Of a stretch of DNA of 64,000 nucleotides, positions 13,811 through 26,740 are shown piece by piece. The position numbers and the translations under genes were made by a program. The stretch is taken from positions 806,001 through 870,000 of the forward strand of contig JAYWIR010000048.1 of the NCBI GenBank assembly GCA_036172245.1, read 5' to 3'. Below the pieces are notes generated by a model. The model made no database searches. It saw only the letters and a list, made by a program, of their open reading frames with translations, and was not told the origin of the DNA. Source of the DNA: Raillietiella orientalis. Lineage: Eukaryota. Positions within the stretch are counted from its first letter, which is position 1. Every line of letters begins with the position of its first letter.

Positions 13811-14659
13811 ATCCAGGCTCCGGGAGTTCAGTGGTAGAGAAGAACCATGTGGAACCTGCTTCCCTGCTTCACTCTCTCCTCGGGTAAGTGATAGCAAAAA
13901 GCGCTTAGCGAACCTCCCAAGTGGCGGCGTTGCCTAAGCCGTTTTGAAGCCACTAGTGGATCAAGCAGCGCTCTTGGGTACTCGGTGAAATCTTCAAAAA
14001 GTCGAAAGCAAAAAAAAGGAAGGGTGTGCGAAGCAGCTAGAACGATCACCATGCAGGAAGGTCAGGTCTGGTGGATACACGCCTCGAAATGGAGATGCTC
14101 CAAAGGAGCACATGACCCGACACGAGAGACTGAATTGCGAACACTGAGGACATGCAATGATGCAGGGCATCTCTGGCCCTCGACCTCCTTTCGCCACGGT
14201 AACAGTTTATGTGTGTGTGCTTTCATTCCTGCACACGCCCTTCTTACATTGAGGTGCGCTGCAATCGCCATTTGACCTTCGTGTCAGCATTTCTCTCGTT
14301 GCGCTCGCTCCTAGGGGCACGTCTCCTCCATCTTTTCATCGGTAAGCACCCCCTCATTTACAGTGAGCTTCTTCAGCATAGTGGAATGAAAGCTCCCCAG
14401 TCTTCCTGTCTCTTCCTTTGTGCTTTTTTCACATTCATTCTGTACACCCGTGCACAAGCAAACAATATTTATTCTTCCTTGAGGAAGTCAAAGTCATGAT
14501 GTACCTAAAACAAGGCGACGTTTCCAAGTACAAACACGTAAGCTCATCTCATAGATGTGTACCACCTTTGCTACGAACACCTCCTCCGATATGTAGACCA
14601 ATGGTGTGTTCGATGTGCTCTGCTGCATCCAAGGCAGGTTTCTTCCTCTACGCTCAAAG

Positions 14660-15473
14660 ACAACTCGTCAGCCCATGGACGCTGCAACCCCGAGTGTACC
14701 GCAGTAAGGACTTTTACGTTGAAGCGAGCTGATTGTCATCCCTCCGGAGGAGGTGAAGTGGCCCCCAGCGTGCTGGAACAGCGACACCGTCCCCCTCGAG
14801 TGGCAGCAGTTGGTGTTGCTAGAGTTTTGTGCTGGGGAATCCCATGCAAGGGCACGCCTTCATCGTTGGACACGGAGGAGTGTGGATGCCAGTTGCGGAG
14901 GGTGCAGCGACAAGGAGGCCTTTTTGCACCTCCTACTAGACTGTGTCTCCCTCCGATCCTAGGAGTCTCAGCTGACGGCCCCAGGGACATTTGTAAAGGC
15001 CTTTCCGCGCGCGTGCCGCCAGCTGCGTACCTCGCAGTACTCTGTCTTCGCGGGATCGTGGCGGAGTGAAAGGCCAGAAGAAGAGGTCGAAATGGAAGGG
15101 ACGCCATCCACTGGGCGCCGATCTTCCTGGAGACCGCCTCGAGATGGCCGCACCTGGGCGAGATACGAACGGCACTTGTCAGCATTTCGAACAGCATGCT
15201 GGGGACGTCTCCCAGCGAAGTGCGGCCCCATCCCCGGCCCCCTTCTCAGTGAAACCTTCCCTCCCGTTTTTCTCTTTTTTGTTTGTTTCTTTTTGTTTTC
15301 CGGTTTTCCCCTCCCCGTCGCTGTGGGAGCGGACCTCGCCTGTCTACGTATCGGCCGTGGCAAATTCCGAGCACGTGGTTCAACCAAGTGTTTCACCACA
15401 GTAGAACATTTGAGTGCACTTTTATCATTATTTTGTTTTAATAATAAATGCCCAGCAAAACCGGGTGGAAAAC
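14660..15473 (+). mobile_element. 5'-truncated L1/Tx1-like element, family B
   Basis: IPPEEVKWPPACWN...ARARLHRWTRRSVDASCGGCSDKEAFLHLLLDCVSLRS* (zf-RVT with premature TAG); T-rich UTR; AATAAA at 15443, then cccagcaaaaccgggtggaaaa. Confidence 0.85.
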
Positions 15474-16249
15474 TCAGGCTTTCAAAAACCATCAGCATCT
15501 AGGGACCCGTCCTTCTCGCCCTTTTTGTCTACTTTAATTATTCATTGGTCCTCTCTCCTCCTCCACCTTTCATCTCCCCCCAAGTGCTGTCTATCGCGAC
15601 CATCTCCACCTGTAGCAGACAGAGTCCGAGGTACACTCTGGCTTCCCTGGCTTGTTTCTTTGAAACGAATGATCTACAGCATCGCGGACGAAACGCATTT
15701 TCTCAAGTTGTTGCAGCCTCACGGTTGCTACTTGACTGGGAGTAGTACGGGCAGAAGAAGAGGTGGAACGCAATTTCTACCGTTGCGGGGACTACTTAAA
15801 GATGAGCTCCGTCGATGTAGCCGAGCCAGAGGGCTTTGGCTACATTTATCAAGAAGGGAAGCCCTACTGTAACGCCACTAAAAGCATCTTGCAGGTTCTC
15901 GTCACTGTTTTCATTTGTTGGAGAAAATATCTTATGGGAGCATCCAGCTCGTGCTGCAGGTCCAATGTACATCGAACCTGCCGAAATCACGGTGACTCCC
16001 TTGGCAACACAGGGAAACAAACAAAAAAAGAACAAAATATAGGCAGATAAATACATATAAAAACTTACGTTGGAGGTTTCGAGAAAGGATCACTGTCGGT
16101 TACAAGATGTCCTCTGCATCGGAACATCTGCCAGATGCTGTCATCCCTTTGGAATCCGCAAGGAAGAGAATCACGGTGTAGATTGAGTCCTTGTCGTCCT
16201 GGACTCCTTAGGCGGCTCTTTTGGCCACTGCAGTTCCGCGATGGAGGCT

Positions 16250-18380
16250 AACAGACGCCAACGACACGACTTCGTGGAGGCAGCTCACTGCGCACGGAGG
16301 GACTCTCGAAAACGCCTGTGGGGTCGTCCTCGGTGATCCGAAGAGCCGTAGCAAACGTTCCGGGAGCCCACAAAAAGGTGCAAGAAGGACCTTGGCATAG
16401 TTCGGTTCCTTCCTTTCCTCTCTCTCCCCTAAACAAAGGCTTGTATGAAAGACCCCGGTGCAACACAGGTAGTGCTGACTCTTACCCCTTCAGGGGAAGG
16501 GTGTATTGTCTCTGGAAGCTGCAGATTTTCCGGTGGAACGTGTTCAGTGATGCATTTCTCTTGGAGGGACACTTGAGGTAGCAGAATTTGTCATTTGACG
16601 AATGGAATACCTACCAAGAGGTTTCAGCTTTCCTGCAATGCCTCAGGCAATGCTGTTCCACCTTGCCGGTAAGCCGTGGTCACTTGTCTTCCTTAAGGAG
16701 GGTGGCACTGAGGCAAGCGGGAAGGTGGCACGTCAGATGGACAACTGCGCCACTAATGATAACATGCGATGGTCCCGGAAGGATCCACGTTCTATCACTC
16801 CCAGTCTCGAAGCGCTGTTGAGAGTGGGGCAGCCACCCTCCCCAGCGATACCGGAATGCCAAGAAGCGCAGGGCAGCTACGGTTGGGTGGCAGGACTCCA
16901 TCACTTCTTTCACCGGAACACCAGAGGCTGCTGCTGATTCTACACCGTTGGCGCCAGTTGTGCAAGGAGTTGATAAACCTCGAGGCAGCAGGTACGCTCC
17001 CTTTTTTCTAGAAGCTTCGCCCTGTTGATGCAGCCCAGGAAGTTTCCCCCAACAAGACAGTACCGTGGCGACGGCGTTTCTGAAAGCAGAGCAATGTGTG
17101 CAGTGTGCACAATGTTGCTCTCATTCTTTTTATTTAGACTTCAGTGAGGTACTAGATGGTGCAAGGACGCTTACAGATAGATGGTGATTCACAGCGTTGG
17201 CGGCTGTGCGGCTGCGATCTCCGCTCGCGGCATCAGGTCGTTGAGGGTTCGAAGCCCACTCGGCGGTGGATCCACGCTGAGAAATCGATGCGTCTTGGGT
17301 TTCGAGCCCCTCCCCACAGGACGACGCTGGTTGGCATATTCGGGTGAGACGGCACGGATGGAAGCTGGAAAGCTCCGGATGCCTTCGCTGACCAGCTGGA
17401 AATGAAAGTTGACCCTGCATGGTCCTTTCAGGAATAAAGGGAGCTCTTCGGGGATTCACTTTCGGTCGTACAAATGGAGCCTCCATCGCGTACTGTGGAG
17501 ATGGTTGACCCCACTTCAGAGCGCTGCACCCTTGGAAGCGTCACTTCGGGATTTTCCCCAGAGGAGGAGGAAACGAGGAGCAGTTTCCTTGCGGGTGCCC
17601 TCCTGTGCAGAATTCCAGGAGCGGATCCTTTCCGTGTATCCTTCAAGAAGCAATCAGGACACACGAGCAGCAGCTCCAGTTTCAAACACCTGCCCTCGTG
17701 GCAGACCTTTGGAGCACCACTGCTGCCAACCTGCAAGCCTTCTCGTCCAGCAAGCCATCGGCAGCAAGGGACTCGCGTCCTTCCTTGCGTGCCGTCTACG
17801 CAGTCTCATCCACAGCGGACTGCACCAGATAGCCACGCTGGCCAGGAAAAACGAATAGATCTCGTGCCGCCCGAGAACGGTAGTTCCCGGCTGCAGGGAA
17901 CCATTAGCACATAGACGAGTATCCAGGAGCAAAGCGCGGAACAGGTCCGACGTTTCCTGAAACAACTGCTTGCTCCGGGAGATCCTGGAAGACCCCATGA
18001 AGAGTGCATGAGCAAACAGAACTTACTCGCCGCCGCACTGCCCTGCCTTGGGGAACACATGGACATCAGTCTTACGGCTAGATAGGAGGTTACTGTGCAA
18101 GGAGAAGAGGACTGGACGAGTGGACGATGGGCCAACTCCTCGAAGATACAACCCCCAGTGCGCGAACTTGTGGACTTTTGTGCTGGGGTATGCTACTGAA
18201 TATTCCGGAGGAAGACCTGCAGTGGATCCCGGTGCTCATGAGCACCCGCACCCTCCCCTTGAACTGGAAAGACTTGGCGTTGATGCTACTGCACTAGGAC
18301 CTACCTGGAACCCCCCGCCGGCATCATTGGACACCGGTGCGTGTGGACCCAAACTGTGCAAGGTGAGGGAAGCGGGAGTC
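16250..18380 (+). mobile_element. Long decayed L1/Tx1-like element with RT-core relic, truncated inside zf-RVT
   Basis: Correctly ordered RT remnants: LNKGLYER (cf. LDxxKAYDR), RGFSFPAMPQAMLFHLAGKP (cf. RGVRQGCPLSPLLFxLAxEP), CATND (YADD position); post-RT VGG at about 17195; LLH*DLP...DPNCAR at 18280-18365. Confidence 0.65.
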
Positions 18381-18436
18381 GGCGTGCATGCTGCGTTCAT
18401 GGGTTTCCTTCGAAGAAGCAATGAGGACTCACGTAG

Positions 18437-19173
18437 GTTTTCCACCCGGTTTTGCTGGGCATTTATTATTAAAACAAAATAATGATAAAAGTGCACTCAA
18501 ATGTTCTACTGTGGTGAAACACTTGGTTGAACCACGTGCTCGGAATTTGCCACGGCCGATACGTAGACAGGCGAGGTCCGCTCCCACAGCGACGGGGAGG
18601 GGAAAACCGGAAAACAAAAAGAAACAAACAAAAAAGAGAAAAACGGGAGGGAAGGTTTCACTGAGAAGGGGGCCGGGGATGGGGCCGCACTTCGCTGGGA
18701 GACGTCCCCAGCATGCTGTTCGAAATGCTGACAAGTGCCGTTCGTATCTCGCCCAGGTGCGGCCATCTCGAGGCGGTCTCCAGGAAGATCGGCGCCCAGT
18801 GGATGGCGTCCCTTCCATTTCGACCTCTTCTTCTGGCCTTTCACGCCGCCACGATCCCGCGAAGACAGAGTACTGCGAGGTACGCAGCTGGCGGCACGCG
18901 CGCGGAAAGGCCTTTACAAATGTCCCTGGGGCCGTCAGCTGAGACTCCTAGGATCGGAGGGAGACACAGTCTAGTAGGAGGTGCAAAAAGGCCTCCTCGT
19001 CGCTGCACCCTCCGCAACTGGCATCCACACTCCTCCGTGTCCAACGATGAAGGCGTGCCCTTGCATGGAATTCCCCAGCACAAAACTCTAGCAACACCAA
19101 CTGCTGCCACTCGAGGGGGACGGTGTCGCTGTTCCAGCACGCTGGGGGCCACTTCACCTCCTCCGGAGGGATG
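18437..19173 (-). mobile_element. 5'-truncated family-B element, inverted near-identical copy of 14737-15473
   Basis: Reverse complement matches 14737-15473 over 737 bp; only 3 substitutions found by eye; same zf-RVT (CGGCSDEEAFLHLLLDC) and same premature stop. Confidence 0.9.
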
Positions 19174-19695
19174 GTGATCCTCTTCAGATGATGCCTTTCG
19201 AATCTCATAGTCATCCGAAGCGTGATCTGCACGTCTTTGGTGGGTTTCCGAAACAGACGGCGTTGATAGATGGAGGAAAAGCTTCCTGGACGCTGTTGGC
19301 TCATTCCTTTGGGAGGTTATCCCGAATCACATGGTCTCCTTTAGCATCTTGCTGAGTGCCCGTTCGGATTCTCACTCTGTGCCGAGTCCGGAGGCGGAAA
19401 CGAAACTCCTTGCTTCGTTGCCTGATGTGACGTCATTCATAACGTCATTCCCCTTGCAGCCCACGGCGCATTCCATTTGTTTGTTTCCTGTTTTGCTCTC
19501 GGGGAAATCCCTTCAGGAAGCAAACAGAGCAGACATCGTGCACATCAAAGAATCAGGTGGCGTTTTCGCGTCATGTCGATCGCGACCCTCTTTTAGTTTT
19601 GCTCGTAGCTGGAAGCTCCTGCCAAGGAAGACGCGCCATTCAGTTTCCAATTTGCGAGCATAGAAATTTCTACTATTCTTACCGATAAGAAGGAC

Positions 19696-20750
19696 TTTCA
19701 CTCACCCGTTCAGCCGGGCGAGCGTTTAGGGGGGAAAAAAACATGAACAAACAAGTTGGGAACGCGGTTCCCAGAAACCACGAAAGGAAAGTTCATGGGG
19801 AGATTCGCCGACACGCAGGTCGGCTGCTAAGGAAGTCCGGACCGAGGGAAACGGGGCGATAATTAAATAAAGAAGGAGATAGGGGGGAGTCTTTTGCCTG
19901 TGACCCCTTTTTCTTTTTGGAGCCAGCGCAGAATGCCGGTGATCTCCCTGGCGAACTCTTCCTTTCGAATACGACCACCTACCACCCGTCCTCACGTGGG
20001 CGGAAGCCGTGTTGGTGAAGCCCCTCCGCCGCGTATGAAGACGCCAGCACGCGGTGGGTGGTGACGATGGCACAGATGCACCACGGCGCCTGCCGATAGG
20101 CCGCCGCTAGCGAAGAACCGCCTGCAGCCAGTCCTTGACGGTGTTCTGGTGCAGGAGCGCCGAAGGCATCTCTTCGAGAGCACCGCAGTCCATCGTGAAA
20201 TGCGGGAACGATTCGACCCACTCCTACGCCCAACATTTTGGGGATGAAAACTCCCCGGAGACGAGGGGGCGACGCTGACTGCACTGGAAGCCCCAGTTCA
20301 GGAACAGCACCACCTCGTTCTTCCACCTTTACGGGGAACAGCAAAGTCTTCGAACACAAAGTAGGGACTACAAGTTCTTCGCGGGCACACTCGAGGGTCA
20401 CTCTATCGAAGGTGTTCTTCATCCCAGGACTCCTTCGATGGAGAGCCAGGAATGTCAGTACCAACCCTCGTTCTCGTCTTGCATCCGTCGAGGACTTTCT
20501 CGACTCCTGTGGTCGTGCAGTAGAACCACGCCTGTTGGCTGCCATCTTTGCTTGTCCTCAGGGCAGACAGTGCTTTGGACACAAAGGTTCCTTGCGGTGG
20601 TGAGTGGACGTCTGGATTCCTGGCGACAGACTGGCTATGACTCCCTTTCAGCGGAAAACTGCAAGACTCGAGGGGAACTCGTGAGTTTCGGATTTCGGGA
20701 TCCCTCTTGAACGTGAGGCTCCTGGACAGGGCAACTGAAGTTCTTCGATG
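19696..20750 (-). mobile_element. 5'-truncated L1/Tx1-like element, family A2
   Basis: WKNEVVLFLNWGFQCSQRRPLVSG...PKCWR relic; C-terminus related to 32200-32400 and 35075-35270; UTR hairpin at 19807-19824; terminal cgcccggctgaacgggtg. Confidence 0.8.
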
Positions 20751-23524
20751 CATCCCGAACCGAATGTTCCCAAATTGCCATTGCTGTGCCGACGTGAAAC
20801 GTGCTGCTGATAGCTTCAGGTGGGAATCCTCTGCGAGTCGCTGCTGAAAGTCGAATTCGGGATCAAGAAAGGAACTGCTGCTTGCATTAGCACCGGTGGA
20901 CAGTGACACCTACTGTGAAGAAGCAAAGAGTCGGGACCTTCTCGGTAACGAAAAATGGACTGTTTTTCGCAACTCCAGCCCTTTCTTCTGCAGCATGAAG
21001 TGCTGCTGCCTGCAAAGACAGACAAGAAAGCAACAACGAGGGGCACTCGGATTTGCCGATGCGGCAGATAATCAATCGGTGAATGCCGGTCTACCCTGGA
21101 GGAATAGTTTCACAGTGAACCAGAATTTTCAATCAGCTTGCTCGGCTCTTCATGCTAAACTGAGGACCTGGCCTTTGGAATCTTCGAGAAACTTGGCGGA
21201 TTCGCTTCCCGAGGCTGTCAAAGACGCACGCGTTCCTGAACTTGTCGTCGAGAATGGGCGTGTCTTCCTTCGTAGGTTCCGCGTCTCAGTCGATCCACGT
21301 GGGCCCAGTATCCTATCTCTGTCGTTCTGTTATTCAATAGGAGCACGCCGCGCCAGGACAGTCAGTCAGCAAGTCGGGGAAGTTGCACTTCCAGTCTCGA
21401 GATCACACCTTAGCGGAGATATCGGCTCCGGGCAACCGAGATGAAACTCAGGTGCGCGCTTCCGAAGGGCAAAAAATCGCAGCAATTTTCTCATCTTTCT
21501 CAAACTAGCCCGCAGCATCCGTTGCTTAGTGCTGCTGACGGAGCATCTCGTAAATCGAAGCAAGAGCTTCTCACAGGGAATTCGGGGCGAGGGATCCGCG
21601 AAGGCCTGTGGCTCCGTTTCGAAGTTCGTGTTTTACTTGGGTTTTGGAGACGTCCACCGTGAGAACTCCCGGAAATGGATTTCACGCGTCCGAAGGCAGC
21701 CATTCCAACTTGTCGAAGTGTGAGATCTTCACACCACGAATCTGCTCGAGTAGTCTTCCGCCTGTCTCACGGGCGAGCTCAATCTACTCGTACAAGTGGA
21801 AACCCCGGAAACTCCCGTTTTCAAACGTCTCCTGTCACCAGCTGAGTGATCGGATGGGATTGGTCCGGGAATGGCTCGGGGCGCATGATGGTGTTTCGAA
21901 ATTACGTCAACCAGAGCGGTTCCCGTTACGCAGTGCCTGAAGACCGTTCGATCCGAGTTGCCTCGACCCGAAGTTTCGGATGCAATCTCGGGTTCAGTCC
22001 CAGCTATTCTAATTCATCAAATTAGGGCCGTGATAATTATTTTATTTTTGGTATGCGATGGAGCCCCTGCAGCCGATGAGCGCTGTTCCGCTTTGCTGCA
22101 CCTTCTCCTTCCCACAGGAAAACGGCGTTGCGGTTTGGTCTCCCGCGCTTTCTCCTACTTACGCGAACGCGCCCTACAAATTGCAGAGGGACTGCCGGCC
22201 CAGCAGGAATAATTTGGCAAAAACAGGGCCTTGGAATGCAAATCAGTTCAAGGACGGAAGGAAAGTTGTGCGAATTTCTCCGGAACGCGCGCGCTTGCAA
22301 ACCCGGGGCGTCCGACTCGACGAATAGGTGACGTCATTTCACTCCAAGAAGTGCTTCCCAAAGTGGGCGACGAAAGAACAAGGGAAGAGAAGATAAGAGA
22401 ACCTTAAAAGACCGCTCGTACGAAACGCCGATTCCCAATTTGCCACAGTGCGAAAGTTTTTGTTTCCCTCATCCTGTTCAGTGGAACGTGGGGCTCGGTG
22501 CGGTCACAGATCTGCTAAATAAGAAGAGGCTGCAGAAATAACGAATCGCGGCGGTTTTGCGGATGGAGCTGACAAAACGTGGAGCCGGAATATGAACAAA
22601 CTGATAGCAGGGCGCCAGCTTCATCCTCCTCCGAATTATTTTTCATGTTACTCGTGATTTTCATATTATCCTTCGAGATCGTAAATCTTCCGCGTCTCAT
22701 GAGCATGTTACCATGGTCGCTTTCCATAAGCACTTTAAGCTTCGACATGTTCGATCTGCAACATTCTCCTTACCATGTTGTAGGACGTAGATAGAAATAC
22801 AGATACATAAAATAGCTCTAATTTGTCACTGCACCTCTCTCGTTGTTCACTGAAAGAAGGCGCGTTTACGTTCGCAGCACCAGCCAATAACCTGGCGAAG
22901 AGAAATTCGGTAGGCGCTGAGTAATTGCTTGCCTGAAAAAAGGGGTGGCAGGCCAAAGAAGTTGGGGAACCTACGACTGGAGCGGTTGCAGTCGCCACTA
23001 GAATCCGACAGGATTCCTCTGTAATTTTACACGTGGCAACACTGACAGCTGCGTTCACCGCTCCTGTTGAGTGTGGCGGGTCCTTCCTGTCTTGCCCTCC
23101 AGGATCGCTTCCAGGGTAATCTCACTGGCGGCGACGCTCATTTGCTCCACGGTCCACTTTGGCTAACGGGTTGATTTATTCTTACCCCTCACAGTTCCTC
23201 GAAATTTCAGAGTCAAATATCCTCGAGGATATTTGACTCTGAAATTTCTGTCTGCAGCAAAGCATTTGATCGGAAGTCCACATCAATCTGCTTCAGGAAT
23301 ACACATCTCCAGGGAACTGGCTGGAGGAGGAAGATCAATTCCTTATGATTACTTGAATTTTCAAACCTGGGGAAACATCCCAAATCGGGCCTTTGAAATG
23401 TCTTAGGGATATCGAGCGGGGAAGAACTTTCCCTGAAGTTGTTTGTTACGGTCGTCGCTGTAGCGAACAGATTTGCACATGGTGACACCGAGGCGTTCAT
23501 CTTACAAGTAAACCAACAAGATGG

Positions 23525-24520
23525 GAAAGCAGCCGTCGAGACGGCGATTTCTTTATAAAATGACCAAAGTTCAAAGGGAGGGTTTTCCAACACGCCCGAC
23601 TGGTTTCCTGGACTCCCGGAGCGGGGGGAATAGGGACAAAAGAAACAAAAGCAAAAATAAACTGGAGGGCAGGGGCGAGGTCTTTGGCTTTTCCCGTTCC
23701 TTCACGGAACACCGGAAAAGGTCCGGAACGGGAGAGAGTGGACAGTAAACAATTGTACAAAGAGGAAGACGGACCAAGGGTCACCGGAAATGTCCGTTCC
23801 TTCCTTTCAGAAGCGGCACAGGGTATCGGTGATTTTCTTCTTGACTTCAATGTCTAGGTGAGTCCAACTGGCAGCCGTCCTCATGCAGACAGCTGCGATG
23901 CTGACGTCCTCCTCCGTTCGCTGCACCCGAGACTCCAGCAAACGGCGGGCTATAACGATGGCAACACGTCGTCGCTATAACGAAGCCCGTCGTGGCTCCA
24001 ACTCTCTCGAAGAATCGCCCTCGCAGTATCTGCGGTATGCAGGAGTATGAGCCTCCGCCAAAGCTCCTGGAGGGCGCTGCGGTCCAACAAGAGGTGCGAG
24101 AACGATTCCACCGCCCCGCACTTCAGGCATTTCGGGGAAACAACGCCTCCGGAAATCCGGTTCCTTCTTTGGCTGCACTGGGGGTACCCGAATGCAGAAA
24201 TAGCAGGATGTCCTGCTTCCATGTTAGCGGAAGTGTTTCTACACAGGGGAGGGGACAACAAGTTCTTCGGAGGCCACTCTGACGAGGTCGCTCCATCCAA
24301 GCGGTCCTTTCGTTCCGTGACGTGGAGTGGCAGAGTCCAGCAGTTCACCCGCCTACCAGACGCCCAGCAGCTTTGTTTCTCTTGCCTTGGGTGCAGGACA
24401 ACTCCCATCCCGCCAGCAGGCAACTATGGTCATTTGCCCTTAGGGCAGACAGCTCTGAGAAGAAGGTGTGGCAACCAGACGGACAGTCTTCTTCGTGTCC
24501 TCTAGGACATCTTCCACTGG
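23525..24520 (-). mobile_element. 5'-truncated L1/Tx1-like element, family A-related
   Basis: QCSQRRNRISGGVVSPKCLKCGAVESFSHLLLDRSALQELWRRL (clear zf-RVT); pyrimidine-rich UTR at 23560-23780; terminal hairpin gccgt-ctcg-acggc followed by tg. Confidence 0.8.
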
Positions 24521-24979
24521 CTGGTCGTGGAAGGACAGAAGGCGACCAAGTATCTCTGGAGCATAGAGGTGAAGACGTAGATAGGTATTCACTCCCAGAT
24601 TTTTTCGCGGAGAAATTACAGGCACGGGAACTCACTAACCTGCAAAAGTGTGGGATATCTCTGACAAGTGCTCTCGTCGAACCTCCACGCATCGACTGGG
24701 AACCGCTAAATTTGCAAAAGGAGCCGCAATCAGAAATCCAGATGATGCTGATTTCTCTGCATCTCAGCGGATCGCTCCTAGGAGCCTTCCTCGAAAGTTT
24801 CCCATGAAACTTCAAAAGGTGATGGCGGAATCTAAAGGAGTTGAAGATGGATGCCGCTTGAGCTGAAACATCTGTCTCCACTCATAACGACGCAAATCCT
24901 CGTCTTCATTCATCTAAATTACAGATCTGTGCATCCTTGAGATGCAGCTTCCGCAAACTGTGTGATTCAGGCATTCGAG

Positions 24980-25640
24980 GTGAATTTGAGGGTTGTGGAC
25001 TTCCTCGATCCTCGACTTCCCAGCGGCGCCACCAGGAAGTTAAGGATCCCTTCCAGGTCGCCCTCGCAAACGTCCCTCCCCTGTCGCCAGGCGAATGAAG
25101 AGCCACTTGGCGACGGGTCCCTCGTCCACCCGTCCTCGGTCGCCGGAGGCTCTCGCCGACTGAGCGGGGTCTTCCTGCATGACGTCTTCCTCCTCTGGGT
25201 CCCTTTTGCTGACGCACGGGAGGTCCCGGCGCGACTGAGCATTTCTCGGACGGGCCCACCCCGAGGGCAGCGTTCCTTACGACTCGGCTATTGCACCCGC
25301 TGCTCACTTCGGAAGATCCTGGAGAGTCCCAGTGCAAGCGCCGGATAGGGCTGATCCCCCGCAACGCTTCCCCCTCCCCACCCTTTCTCCCTGAAAAAGG
25401 TGAATGGCAGTAGCAACCGACTGGCGAGATGGGAAGTCTCATGAGGGATCGCAGGCAGGAACCTTATGGTCCAACGACCCATTTCGGTCGTTGGACCATG
25501 GGGCAGCTGACTGAGGAGATGGTATGCAATGGAAAGTATGCAATCTCCCTTCGAAGGGAGACTGCTCCACCGTCGCAACCCGAAGGACTGTCCGATTGCT
25601 GGAAGGACCCTGGAGGGAGGTTCAACTCGCAATCCCGGTC
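24980..25640 (-). mobile_element. Decayed L1/Tx1-like C-terminal relic
   Basis: RRLHWDSP motif at about 25320-25345 followed by degenerate zf-like sequence. Confidence 0.4.
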
Positions 25641-25642
25641 GC

Positions 25643-26740
25643 TTTTTCACCCGGATATGCCAGGGCATTTATTATTAAAATTTTATAAATAAAATTCTAT
25701 AATAAAGTCTGAAGTTTTTTCAGGTAGAACATGTGGTTCTTCCTGTCTTGTAACACTTGTTCTTATCGACCCTTAGGTCGGTGAGGTCCTCTCCGCTGGC
25801 GAAGGGGACGCGAAAACCAAAAAAGAAAAAAAAAAGAACACGAGGGGAGGGCAATGTTTTCCGGTGAGGAAAAGGAATGGAAAGGATCACATTTCGCCGC
25901 GAGGGATCCTTTGTATCCGAGTTTGGATGCGGACAAGTGCCGGTCGAATAGTCCTTAGCTGGGGCCACTGGGAAGTCTTCTCCATGCAGATGGCTGCCCA
26001 GTGAATGACATGCCGTCTGTCGCGACCTCTCCTGGACGCAGTCCATTTGTCCAGGATTCCGCGTATGCAGCAGAGAACACACGCGACTGCTGGTAGGGAG
26101 TCCCGCATCAGGAGGAGACGAAAAATGTTCCCAGCTCGCCCACCGGAATGTTCAGAATCGACGATAGTCGATTCCACATGGGGCGAAGGGCGACACCCTC
26201 GATGAGCAGGTGCGGGAAGGTTTCCCTTTCCCACAATTGGCATCCACACTCCCTAATGTCCAGTGCGAGAAGCGTGCTCTGCATAGGGTTCTCCAATGCA
26301 ACACCAGCAGCGCCATCTTTTGCCATTGCAGGGAGAGGGTGCAATTATCCCAACGCTCTGGGGGCCACTTCACCTCCTCCAGAGGTATGTCGAGCAGCTC
26401 GTTTCAGCGCACAAGTCCTTTAGAAGGGATGCCTGGGGTCGCAGCGTCCGATAGCTCCCGAGTAGTCCACGCCTTTAACAGTTTTTTCCTCCCTCCTATG
26501 AGGCAGGACACTTCCCACGATGCCTCTTCCTGGCTGTCCCAGCCGGTCAACGGGAGCATCCCGGGGTTTCCGATTTCCACCGAATAGGTCAACCATAGTT
26601 CTGCGGGGGGGGACTCGAAACTCAGTACACACCTATCTCTCGGCGTCGATCCTCCACGTGGGGATTCGGATCCACAAGGTACGTCTCGGCTCCAAGCCTC
26701 CAACTCGGACACTTTTCGCGAAGAGCTTCATGGTTCACGT
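25643..26740 (-). mobile_element. 5'-truncated L1/Tx1-like element, family B
   Basis: KWPPERWDNCTLSLQWQKMALLVLHWRTLCRARFSHWTLGSVDANCGK / ETFPHLLIEGVALRPMW; RVGGL post-RT motif at about 26700; AATAAA followed by ccctggcatatccgggtgaaaaa. Confidence 0.8.

Noticed and set aside
17325..17360. LAYSGE as a mutated RT YADD motif
   Set aside because: The YSxE peptide recurs in three divergent copies and lies downstream of the post-RT GG motif; the RT-core relic is at about 16300-16900.
14737..19173. DNA transposon or foldback element with 737-bp TIRs
   Set aside because: The arms are LINE 3' ends, the left arm's LINE homology runs past the repeat edge, and no TSD or transposase is visible.
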